Positions 7,386-17,462 of a stretch of DNA of 32,000 nt are shown here, piece after piece (position 1 is the first letter of the stretch; every line of letters begins with the position of its first letter). The notes under the pieces are model-generated. The model did no database searches. It was not told the origin of the DNA and was given only the letters and a program-made list of their open reading frames with translations. Both the position numbers and the translations under genes were made by a program. The DNA comes from Betaproteobacteria bacterium. Its GTDB lineage: Bacteria > Pseudomonadota > Gammaproteobacteria > Burkholderiales > Burkholderiaceae_C. The stretch spans positions 19,197 to 51,196 of the forward strand of contig JBAXMQ010000009.1 in NCBI GenBank assembly GCA_037134215.1, in the 5' to 3' direction.

Positions 7386-9790
7386 ACGAGCAGCCCAAGG
7401 CGGGCGCCATGACGCCCGCCTTAGCCGAAGTTCAGGCATCGCCGATGCCGCCACCTGGCCACGCCACTGAGGCCGAGTTTTACAAAAGGCTGCAAGCCGT
7501 CACGGCGCGGATCCATGACACCGACAACCTCGACCAACTGATGCTGGACGTCAGTGAGGACATCTGCCAACTCTTCAATGCCGAGCGCCTCACGCTGTAC
7601 GCGGTCAGCCGTGATCAGACGTCCATCGTCTCCAAAATCAAGACCGGCTTGACCAGCAGCCAGGATTTGAGGTTGCCCATATCGCCACAAAGCATCGCAG
7701 GCTATGTGGCGCTGAGCAAGCAACTGCTGAATTTGCGCGATGTGTATGACGAGCAGGCCCTGCGCCGCATCCACCCGGACTTGACCTTCCTCAAAGCCGT
7801 CGACAAGGGGTCGGGCTTTCTGACACGCCAGTTGCTGGTCGCCCCGATCACCGACGGCAATAGCTTGCTGGGTGTGCTACAGATCATCAACAACCGGGAC
7901 AACCAAGTCTTCGGTGATCTGGAGGTGGACGGTGCCACCCAGCTGTGCCGGACCCTGGCCACTGCCATCCGCCAGCGTGTCGAAAGGAGCACACTGGGGC
8001 TGCGCCGCGGTACCACCAAATATGACGGTCTGGTGCAACAGGGCGTTCTGACGGCTGATGCGTTGGAACAGTGCTGGCGGCAGTCCCGTAGCGAGGGGCA
8101 AGCGGTGGAGCAGGTGATCATGTCCCGTCACAAGGTTCTACCGGCCCAGATCGGGCGCTCTCTGGCCTGGTATTTCGATGTGGCCTATGAACCGTTCAAG
8201 GCAAGCCGTTCGCGGATCGACCAGCTGCACGGCATGCTCAAGCTGGACTTCGTTGACAAGCAGGGCTGGATTCCTCTGGAAGACTCGGCTGAGGGCTTGG
8301 TCGTCATGTGTATTGATCCAGAGACGGTGCGAAGCTCGCGCATCTTGGCCCAGGTTTTTCCGCGGATCAGCCGTTTTGTGTACCGGGTGACGACCCAGGC
8401 TGAATTCCAGGCCACGCTGGCCCAAATCTTCGGCGCCGTGACAGGCGGCCTGTCGATTGATGAGATGCTGGCCGACATGGATGGCGCACTGATCGATGAC
8501 GCCGGCCTTGACGATGCCTTGGCCTCCGCTGCCGCCGACAACGAACTCGTGAAGTTTGTCAACAAGGTCATCATCGACGCTTACCAGCAAAAGGCCTCGG
8601 ATATCCATATCGAGCCCATGCCAGGCAAGCTCAAGACCGGCATTCGTTTTCGCATTGACGGCATCCTGACGCACTACATTGAGGTGCCAGCCCATTACTG
8701 GCAGGCCATGGTCACGCGCTTGAAAATCATGTGCGACCTGGACATTTCCGAGCGCCGACGGCCCCAGGACGGAAAAATCAAATTCAAAAAGTATGGCCCG
8801 CTCGACATTGAGTTACGGGTTGCCACCATTCCCTCGGCCGGCGGCTTGGAAGACGTGGTGATGCGTATCCTGCCAGCAGGCGCGCCCATACCCATCGACC
8901 AGTTGGGCCTGACAGCCCACAATTTAGAGCGCGTTCTCAGGACGATCGCCAAACCTTACGGCCTGTTCTATGTCTGCGGACCAACCGGCTCGGGCAAGAC
9001 GACCACCCTGCATTCCATACTGAGCCACTTGAACCGCCCAGACACCAAGATCTGGACCGTGGAGGACCCGGTCGAAATCACGCAAAAGGGCTTGCGTCAG
9101 GTTCAGATCAACAAAAAGGCCGGGATCGACTTTGCCATGGTGATGCGTGCCTTTTTGCGCGCTGACCCGGACATCATCATGGTGGGCGAGTCGCGTGACA
9201 AGGAAACCGTGACCATGGGCGTTGAGGCCTCGCTGACCGGTCATCTGGTGTTTTCCACCTTGCACACCAACTCGGCGCCGGAGTCGGTCACCCGTCTGCT
9301 CGAAATGGGGATGGACCCCTTTAATTTTGCCGATGCCCTGCTCGGTATTCTGGCGCAGCGACTGGCGCGCAGGCTGTGCAGTTGCAAATCGTCCTACGTT
9401 CCGGATGACGGCGAGCTGCGCTTGTTTGCCCTTGAATATGCGGAGGAACTCAGCCACTCGGCGGACTGGCTGGCCGACCCTGAAAAAGAAGTCGCCCGGC
9501 TGATTGAAGGCTGGCGGACAAGCCATGGCGAGCAGGGGCAAATCCGCCTGTACCGAGCAGTCGGCTGCGACAAATGTGCCCAGACCGGCTACAAAGGGCG
9601 GGTCGGACTGCATGAGCTCTTGATTGCAGACGCGGAGATCAAGAAGCTGATCCAGCTGCGCGCCCGGGTCGCAGACCTGTTTGCTGCCGCCGTACAGTCG
9701 GGCATGCGCACACTGAAAATGGATGGCATGGAAAAAATCATGATGGGATTGACCGACCTCAAGATGGTCAGAGCGGTGTGCATCCGTTGA
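7382..9790 (+). CDS. PilB/GspE-family secretion ATPase with an N-terminal GAF domain (GAF - T2SSE_N - ATPase core)
   Basis: GTG 7382 has AAGGAG (7369-7374) 7 nt upstream and overlaps the PDE stop (GTGA). A GAF-like region spans about nt 7480-7980. The ATPase core has Walker A GPTGSGKTTT, Walker B DPDIIMVGESRD, His box TGHLVFSTLHTN and a CSC...CDKC cysteine cluster. Confidence 0.9.
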   Translation: MNEQPKAGAMTPALAEVQASPMPPPGHATEAEFYKRLQAVTARIHDTDNLDQLMLDVSEDICQLFNAERLTLYAVSRDQTSIVSKIKTGLTSSQDLRLPISPQSIAGYVALSKQLLNLRDVYDEQALRRIHPDLTFLKAVDKGSGFLTRQLLVAPITDGNSLLGVLQIINNRDNQVFGDLEVDGATQLCRTLATAIRQRVERSTLGLRRGTTKYDGLVQQGVLTADALEQCWRQSRSEGQAVEQVIMSRHKVLPAQIGRSLAWYFDVAYEPFKASRSRIDQLHGMLKLDFVDKQGWIPLEDSAEGLVVMCIDPETVRSSRILAQVFPRISRFVYRVTTQAEFQATLAQIFGAVTGGLSIDEMLADMDGALIDDAGLDDALASAAADNELVKFVNKVIIDAYQQKASDIHIEPMPGKLKTGIRFRIDGILTHYIEVPAHYWQAMVTRLKIMCDLDISERRRPQDGKIKFKKYGPLDIELRVATIPSAGGLEDVVMRILPAGAPIPIDQLGLTAHNLERVLRTIAKPYGLFYVCGPTGSGKTTTLHSILSHLNRPDTKIWTVEDPVEITQKGLRQVQINKKAGIDFAMVMRAFLRADPDIIMVGESRDKETVTMGVEASLTGHLVFSTLHTNSAPESVTRLLEMGMDPFNFADALLGILAQRLARRLCSCKSSYVPDDGELRLFALEYAEELSHSADWLADPEKEVARLIEGWRTSHGEQGQIRLYRAVGCDKCAQTGYKGRVGLHELLIADAEIKKLIQLRARVADLFAAAVQSGMRTLKMDGMEKIMMGLTDLKMVRAVCIR

Positions 9791-9876
9791 TTGATAAATA
9801 TGGTCCGACAAGAATGTCAATTGCGCAAGAATGGGCTTGCATCGGATGTCAGAGGTGATGAATATGGCGTTTTCGG

Positions 9877-9892
9877 GCTGGCATGAATGCTG
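9877..9892 (+). promoter_or_regulatory. Sigma-54 (RpoN) -24/-12 type promoter upstream of the pilin gene
   Basis: CTGGCATGAATGCTGC matches TGGCAC-N5-TTGC at the invariant GG (9879-9880) and GC (9891-9892) with the correct spacing. It lies about 53 nt upstream of the pilin ATG. ATGTCA repeats at 9814-9819 and 9846-9851 could be enhancer-binding-protein sites. Confidence 0.5.
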
Positions 9893-9944
9893 CCAACACG
9901 ACTGCCCCAAGTCTGGTTTTGTCTCATTTACCAAGGAGTGTTTT

Positions 9945-10358
9945 ATGGAACGCAAATCACAACAGGGTTTCACCCTGATCGAGTTGATGATCGTGGTGGC
10001 CATCGTCGGCATTCTTGCGGCCGTGGCGCTGCCGGCCTATCAGGACTACACCAAGAGAGCCAAATTCACCGAGGTGGTGTCAGTCGGTACCAGCTACCAG
10101 ACCGCGGTGTCTGCCTGCGTCCAGGATCTGGGTACGCTGACCGGTTGTTCGTTGGGCACCAATGGCATTCCCGCCTCGCAGGCCACCGTGCACGTGACCT
10201 CGGTCGGTGTCACTGACGGGGTGATCACGGTCACGCCCACTGCCACCACCGATGCCGCCGCCACCCTGGTGCTGACACCAACCCTCGGTGTGGGCGCTTT
10301 AACCTGGGCCAAAACCGGCAGCGGCTGCCTGACCTCCAACCCGGTGCTCTGCCGCTAA
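9945..10358 (+). CDS. pilA: Type IVa major pilin (prepilin with an 8-residue leader)
   Basis: AAGGAG lies upstream of ATG 9945. The sequence MERKSQQG|[27 protein letters not shown] has the class III signal peptide, with Gly-1, Phe+1 and Glu+5. Two Cys pairs are present (C..C in [13 protein letters not shown] and the C-terminal [10 protein letters not shown]). Confidence 0.92.
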   Translation: MERKSQQGFTLIELMIVVAIVGILAAVALPAYQDYTKRAKFTEVVSVGTSYQTAVSACVQDLGTLTGCSLGTNGIPASQATVHVTSVGVTDGVITVTPTATTDAAATLVLTPTLGVGALTWAKTGSGCLTSNPVLCR

Positions 10359-10376
10359 GCCAGGTCTTCCAGCGGG

Positions 10377-11960
10377 ATGCGAGCTCCGGCCACCCCTGCG
10401 TTGGGCGACTTGGCACCAACCCGGTGGCCGCTTGCCTGGGGCCAGTCGGTCGTGATGCTGGCTTTGCTGTTGCCCTGGGTCAATCCTTTTGCACCTTTCC
10501 CGTCGTCGGCGGTGGTGCAGAGCCTGCTCAGTGTTGCGGGTCTGGCCCTGTTGCTTTTGCTGCCACTGAAGCGTGACGGGGTCGCAGTTTTGGCGCAAAC
10601 CAACGCGTCAGTCTGGTTGTGCGCGGCGCTGCTGAGTTGCGTGTTGGCGCCGATCCAGTATTTCGGCGCTTCAGCCGCCTGGTTTCCCTGGGTCAACGGC
10701 ACGGCGGCGGGGGAGGCGTTTGCCAATCTGCGCCAGCGCAACCAATTTGCCACGCTCACCAGCATCGGCTTGCTCGCGCTGATCTGGGTGCAGGCCTGCG
10801 GTCAACCCCAAGCGCGCTTTCAGACGCAAGGCCGGTTGCCAGCGCTGGCTGTCTCGCCCGCGCCGGCCTGGGCTGCCGCCGCGCTGCTGGCGGTCGGCAA
10901 TGCGCTGTCATCCTCCCGCACCGGCTTGTTGCAGCTTTTGATGATGTCGGCGCTGCTGCTGGGCTGCCGCTCGTGGCGCAACGCTCAGGCGCTCCGGCTG
11001 CTGCTGGTCGCCGTCATGGCCTATCTGGCCGCACTGCTGGTGATGCCCTGGCTGGCTGGCTTCGCCTTCGCTGAATCTGGCATGCTGTCCAGACTGCGAG
11101 AGATCGAAAGCTCGTGCCAGGCCCGTTCCCAGCTGTGGCGTAATGTGATTTACCTGATTGCCCAGCGACCCTGGGCGGGTTGGGGTTGGGGCGAGCTCGA
11201 CTACGCGCACTTCATCACGCTCTACCCCGGGCCGCGCTTCTGCGACATTCTGGACAACGCCCACAACCTGCCCTTGCATCTGGCGGTGGAATTGGGTTTA
11301 CCGGCTGCCCTGGGTATTTGTGGGCTGGCCCTGTACCTGATGGTGCGCGCCCAACCCTGGCGCGAAGCCGATCCCACCCGGCAACTGGCCTGGGGCGTGC
11401 TGGCCATCATTGGCGTACACAGCCTCCTGGAGTACCCACTCTGGTACGGACCCTTCCAGCTTGCTTTTGGGGTGTCTTTGACCTTGTTGTGGCTGACGGG
11501 CTCACGCTTCCCGGCCCCGCCCGCCGATGTCCTGGCCACGGTCTACAGCGGGGCCCGTGGCTGGCTGGCACGTGCCATGGTTGCCATTGGCCTGGTGCTG
11601 GCCACCGCCGATGTCGCTCTGGACTATGTTCGGGTTCACCAGTTTTACCTGCCGCTGGCAGATCGCGCCAGCCTGTACCGCAATGACACCTTGGCAACCA
11701 CCTCCCGCTCGGGCTGGTTCGCCCACTGGGTGGACTTTGCCGAGCTGACCACCACGGTGCCCGATGCGTACAACGCCGCGCGCCTGCAAGCCATGGCCGA
11801 GCGACTGTTGCATGTGTCGCCTGAGCCGCGCGTGATTGAAAAGCTCATTGACACCGCCCTCCTGCAGCAGCAGGCAGAGCGCGCACAGTTTTACCTGGTG
11901 CGCTACCAAGCGGCGTTCCCGAGGGAGCATGCGGACTGGCTCAGGCGCCATCCGGGGTAA
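10377..11960 (+). CDS. PglL/O-antigen-ligase (Wzy_C) family polytopic membrane protein; likely pilin/protein O-oligosaccharyltransferase
   Basis: The gene starts 18 nt downstream of the pilin stop. It encodes a multi-TM protein with a Wzy_C-type loop (SSSRTGLLQL, WAGWGWGE, DNAHNLPLHLAVELG) and a soluble C-terminal tail like that of PglL-type enzymes. The start is uncertain; ATG 10377 is taken. Confidence 0.75.
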   Translation: MRAPATPALGDLAPTRWPLAWGQSVVMLALLLPWVNPFAPFPSSAVVQSLLSVAGLALLLLLPLKRDGVAVLAQTNASVWLCAALLSCVLAPIQYFGASAAWFPWVNGTAAGEAFANLRQRNQFATLTSIGLLALIWVQACGQPQARFQTQGRLPALAVSPAPAWAAAALLAVGNALSSSRTGLLQLLMMSALLLGCRSWRNAQALRLLLVAVMAYLAALLVMPWLAGFAFAESGMLSRLREIESSCQARSQLWRNVIYLIAQRPWAGWGWGELDYAHFITLYPGPRFCDILDNAHNLPLHLAVELGLPAALGICGLALYLMVRAQPWREADPTRQLAWGVLAIIGVHSLLEYPLWYGPFQLAFGVSLTLLWLTGSRFPAPPADVLATVYSGARGWLARAMVAIGLVLATADVALDYVRVHQFYLPLADRASLYRNDTLATTSRSGWFAHWVDFAELTTTVPDAYNAARLQAMAERLLHVSPEPRVIEKLIDTALLQQQAERAQFYLVRYQAAFPREHADWLRRHPG

Positions 11961-12052
11961 CTGGCTGGCGCCCCGCTGGCGCAAGTGCGCCAGAACGTAG
12001 AATCTGGCCCAAGTTTCGGCACCCCGAAATCCATCAACCTGGACTACCTGAC

Positions 12053-14398
12053 ATGGATAACAAACACGTGCGGTTTGGCAGCGGACAGGCTGTGCTCCGT
12101 ATCGAAGACGACAAGCTGCTCACAGGTCAGGGGCGATTTACGGACGACCTCAGCGATGACCAGGGCTACTCCGATCATCTTCGCCTGTGTTTTGTCCGCT
12201 CACCCTACCCGCATGCCCGTGTTCTTGGCGTCGACAAACAAGCGGCTCTGGCCATGCCGGGCGTGGTCGCTGTGTTTGACGGTGCGGACCTGGTCGCTGC
12301 TGGCGTCAAACCGATTCCCGGCCCGGCCGCGTTCAAACGCGCTGGTGGTGCGCCCAGCGTCACCCCCCTGCGCCGGCCTTTGGCTTTTGAGCGGGTGCGC
12401 TATGGGGGTGAGGCGGTGGCGGTGGTACTCGCCAACACGCTGGAGCAGGCGCGCGACGCGGCAGAAGCGGTGGTGATCGACTACGAGGAACTGCCGATGG
12501 TGGTGGACCTGCAACAGGCGGTGGCTGCCGGCGCGCCGCTGGTGTGTGATGAGGCGCCCGACAACATTGCAGCAGAGATGCGCCACGGCGACGCCGGGGC
12601 CACGGCGCAGGCCTTCGCCTCTGCAACGCATGTGGTGGCTCTGGACCTCAGCAACCAACGGCTGGCGGCGCTGACGCTGGAGCCGCGCTCCGTGCTGGCG
12701 CTGGTTGACCCGAGTGATGGCCGTCTGGTGGTGCGCATGAGCACCCAGATGCCCTCGGGCATCAAGACCTCGCTGTGCAAAGACATTCTCGGCCTGTCGC
12801 GCGACCAGGTGCGGGTGACGGTGGGCGACGTGGGAGGCGGCTTTGGCATGAAAGGCGGCATCCACCCCGAAGATGCGGTGACGGCCTGGTGTGCCTGGAC
12901 ACTCAAGCGGCCAGTCAAATGGATTGCCGAACGCAGCGAAGAGTTTCTCAGTGGTGCCGCCGGTCGTGACATCGAGAGCAGGGCCGAGTTGGCCCTGGCG
13001 GCGGATGGCCGGATTTTGGCCCTGCGCGTGCATACCCTGGCCAATGTCGGTGCCTATGCCTCCGGCACCGGTGTTGCCATTCAGTTGCTGATCGGCCCCT
13101 GGGTACAGACCAGCGTCTATGACATCCAGACCATCGACTTTCACTTCAAAGCGGTGCTCACCAACACCGCCACGGTCGGCGCCTACCGTGGCGCTGGTCG
13201 TCCGGAGGCCATCTACATCATGGAGCGCTTGATGGACGAGGCCGCACGCCAGACCGGCATCGACCGGGTCGCACTGCGACGGCTCAATCTGATCCGACCC
13301 GAGCAGATGCCCTACAAGAATCCAATGGCGCAGGTGTACGACAGCGGCCGCTTTGAGCATGTGATGGACCAAGGCCTGGCCTTGGCCGACTGGGGCGGGT
13401 TTGCCGGGCGTGAGGCCGAGTCAGCGCGGCACGGCAGGTGGCGCGGCCTGGGCATCGCCACGTTTCTCGAGTGGACTGGCGGCAATGTTTTTGAGGAGCG
13501 CATGACGGTCACGGTGTTGGCCGAGGGCGTGATTGAGGTTTTTTCTGCGGTGAACGGCATGGGGCAAGGCATTGCCACCTCGCTGGCTCAGTTGGTGGTG
13601 GATGTGTTTGACGTGCCGCTTGAGCAAGTGCGTGTGGTGTTGGGCGACACTGACCGTGGCGAGGGCTTTGGCAGCGCCGGCTCGCGCTCGATCTTTGTGG
13701 GTGGCTCGGCGGTCAAAGTGGGCGCCCAGCGCACGGTGGACCATGTGCGCAACATGGCTTCCAGCGCGCTGGAGGCCTCGGTACAAGACATCGACTACCG
13801 GGCCGGGCGCTTCCAGGTCAAGGGCACCGACCTGGGCATTGGGCTGTTCGAGTTGGCGTCTCGCCAGCCGGATGGGCAAATTTTCTTCGAGTCCACCAGT
13901 GCGGTCAGCGGTCCATCATGGCCCAATGGTTGCCATGTGTGCGAAATTGAGCTCACGCCCGAAACCGGAGAGGTGGCGGTGGTGGCCTACGCGTCGGTGA
14001 ATGATGTGGGCAAGGTGGTTAACCCGCCCATTGTGATCGGTCAGCTCGACGGTGGGGCCATGCAAGGTATCGGGCAGGCGCTGATCGAGCAGGTGGTGTA
14101 TGACGCGCAAAGCGGCCAGCTACTGACCGGCAGCCTGATGGACTATGCCGCGCCGCGTGCCGACATGACGCCACCCTTCCTCACCACGATGGACCAGTCC
14201 ACGCCTTGCCTGAACAACCCGTTGGGTGTCAAAGGCGTAGGCGAGCTAGGCACCATCGGCGCGACACCCTGTGTGGTCAACGCTGTGGCAGATGCCCTGG
14301 CCCGCCATGGCCATGGCCACAGAACGGCGCAATTGCAGATGCCTCTCACACCTGCGCGCCTGTGGGCCTTGCTGCAAACCCATGGCCCCGGGCTGTAA
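12053..14398 (+). CDS. Xanthine dehydrogenase/aldehyde oxidase/CoxL-family molybdopterin-binding large subunit
   Basis: The 781-aa product has an N-terminal RIEDDKLLTGQGRFTDD (a/b hammerhead), the AYRGAGR motif at 13181-13201 and a C-terminal GVKGVGELG. Confidence 0.9.
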   Translation: MDNKHVRFGSGQAVLRIEDDKLLTGQGRFTDDLSDDQGYSDHLRLCFVRSPYPHARVLGVDKQAALAMPGVVAVFDGADLVAAGVKPIPGPAAFKRAGGAPSVTPLRRPLAFERVRYGGEAVAVVLANTLEQARDAAEAVVIDYEELPMVVDLQQAVAAGAPLVCDEAPDNIAAEMRHGDAGATAQAFASATHVVALDLSNQRLAALTLEPRSVLALVDPSDGRLVVRMSTQMPSGIKTSLCKDILGLSRDQVRVTVGDVGGGFGMKGGIHPEDAVTAWCAWTLKRPVKWIAERSEEFLSGAAGRDIESRAELALAADGRILALRVHTLANVGAYASGTGVAIQLLIGPWVQTSVYDIQTIDFHFKAVLTNTATVGAYRGAGRPEAIYIMERLMDEAARQTGIDRVALRRLNLIRPEQMPYKNPMAQVYDSGRFEHVMDQGLALADWGGFAGREAESARHGRWRGLGIATFLEWTGGNVFEERMTVTVLAEGVIEVFSAVNGMGQGIATSLAQLVVDVFDVPLEQVRVVLGDTDRGEGFGSAGSRSIFVGGSAVKVGAQRTVDHVRNMASSALEASVQDIDYRAGRFQVKGTDLGIGLFELASRQPDGQIFFESTSAVSGPSWPNGCHVCEIELTPETGEVAVVAYASVNDVGKVVNPPIVIGQLDGGAMQGIGQALIEQVVYDAQSGQLLTGSLMDYAAPRADMTPPFLTTMDQSTPCLNNPLGVKGVGELGTIGATPCVVNAVADALARHGHGHRTAQLQMPLTPARLWALLQTHGPGL

Positions 14399-14434
14399 CG
14401 CCCGATCAAATCCAGACTCAACTCTAGAAAGCAA

Positions 14435-14815
14435 ATGATGGCGCTCAGCAAAAAAGGTGTTATTTTCTTTTTGGCAAAGTTTGCCGTGGTGCTTGCGCTG
14501 TTGTTTGCTGCTTATGTGGCCATCGCCCTGAACTGGAGCTATTCCACCGGCGAGCGCGCAGGCTACCTGCAAAAGCTGTCGTCCAAGGGCTGGGTCTGCA
14601 AAACCTGGGAGGGCGAGCAATCCATGGTGCCACTGCCCGGCGCCACGCCCGAGAAATTCCTCTTTACCGTCAGAAACCCGGAGGTGGTCGCGCAGCTGAA
14701 TGCGGTCATGGGCAAGCGCGTTACCCTCAATTACGAGCAGCACAAGGGCCTACCCGGCAGCTGCTTTGGCGAAACCGAGTACTTTGTGACCGGTGTGAAG
14801 GAAGTGACCCCTTGA
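14435..14815 (+). CDS. Hypothetical small membrane-anchored protein
   Basis: The 126-aa ORF has one N-terminal TM helix (VIFFLAKFAVVLALLFAAYVAIAL) followed by a soluble domain with two Cys. Codon usage outside the first ~20 codons is GC3-rich like its neighbours. I do not recognise the family. Confidence 0.6.
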   Translation: MMALSKKGVIFFLAKFAVVLALLFAAYVAIALNWSYSTGERAGYLQKLSSKGWVCKTWEGEQSMVPLPGATPEKFLFTVRNPEVVAQLNAVMGKRVTLNYEQHKGLPGSCFGETEYFVTGVKEVTP

Positions 14816-15798
14816 ACCGCTTCTGTCGAAAAAACACCCCAGCTTGACAACGACCTGCGCCCTGTTTGTGGATTACACGCCATCGGGCGCGCTCTTTCTC
14901 AGGTTTAACGCGGCTTCGTACAAACCATTGCGTGGTGAACCGGTGATCTCGGCGGCCAGCCGGACCGCTGACTTCAGGGGCAACTCTGCCAGCAGCAACT
15001 GCAGCACCCGCGTGTCCGGGCCGGATTCTGCCGGTATCGCGGCTGGGTGCAACACCAAGACGAATTCACCGCGGCGTCGGTGGGGGGCAGCCGCCAGCCA
15101 GGACGCAAAACCTGCCGCCTGAACGTGGGCGAGCTCCTCAAACTGCTTGGTCAGCTCACGCCCCACGGTGAGACTGCGCTCGCCCAGCAGCGCCAGCGCA
15201 TCGGCCAGGGCCTCGATGCGGTGTGGCGCCTCCAGCAACACCACCGCGCGCGACTGCAGCGCCAGCGCCGCCACGGCTGCGGCCCGCTCACCGGCCTTGC
15301 TTGGCAAAAACCCGGCAAAAACGAACTCGCCAGCGGCGGGCGCATCGGCAGCGATGCCCGCCACGCTCAGTGCGGCCGTGACACTGCTGGCGCCTGGCAA
15401 GGGCAGCACGCGCATGGCCGCCGCCCGGGCGGCGGCCACCAGGCGCGCGCCGGGGTCGCTGATCGCAGGCGTACCGGCATCGCTGACGTAGGCCACCCGT
15501 TGGCCCTGGCCCATGCGTCGCACCAACTCCGCCGCCGCTTGCGCTTCATTGTGCTCATGCAGCGCCAGCAGCTGGGCCGCCGGTTTGTCAATGCCATAGG
15601 CTCGCAGCAGGGCCTGGGTGTGGCGCGTGTCCTCGCAGGCCACGGTGTCGGCCAGGGCCAGCACATGCAGGGCGCGCAGGGTGATATCGGCCAGGTTGCC
15701 AATCGGGGTGGCGACCACATACAGTGCGCCAAGCGGATAATCCTGGCCAGCGGCGGCGTCAGCAGCAGCGCCCAAGGCACGGGCATAGGTGGAGCTCA

Positions 15799-17449
<1,651 letters not shown>

Positions 17450-17462
17450 CCGGGTTCAGGCG

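Noticed and set aside
8011-8085. An MshEN-type c-di-GMP binding motif in the T2SSE_N region of the PilB-like ATPase
   Set aside because: The hydrophobic spacing is retained, but the RLG start and the terminal Leu/Gln of the 24-residue motif are replaced (TKY ... W ... S). I do not call a c-di-GMP site.
9793-9802. TGATAAATAT shared between the pilin upstream region and the putA control region (29051-29060)
   Set aside because: A 10-nt AT-only match between two AT-rich intergenic regions is plausibly chance, and no further flanking similarity is present.
8924-10012. 362-aa minus-strand ORF covering the 3' end of the PilB-like gene and the pilin promoter region
   Set aside because: It is antisense to the conserved ATPase core (Walker B and His box region). 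Its translation has no domain pattern, and it runs through an AT-rich intergenic region only by chance.
11976-11993. The hairpin CTGGCGC-aagt-GCGCCAG after the PglL-like gene as an intrinsic terminator; also TTTCGG-cacc-CCGAAA at about 12023-12038
   Set aside because: The stems are real, but neither is followed by a T-tract. Their function as terminator, attenuator or nothing cannot be supported from sequence alone.
12200-13372. 390-aa minus-strand ORF inside the CoxL-like gene
   Set aside because: It is antisense to a gene with clear family motifs, and its composition is biased (Arg/His/Gly/Gln) with no motifs.
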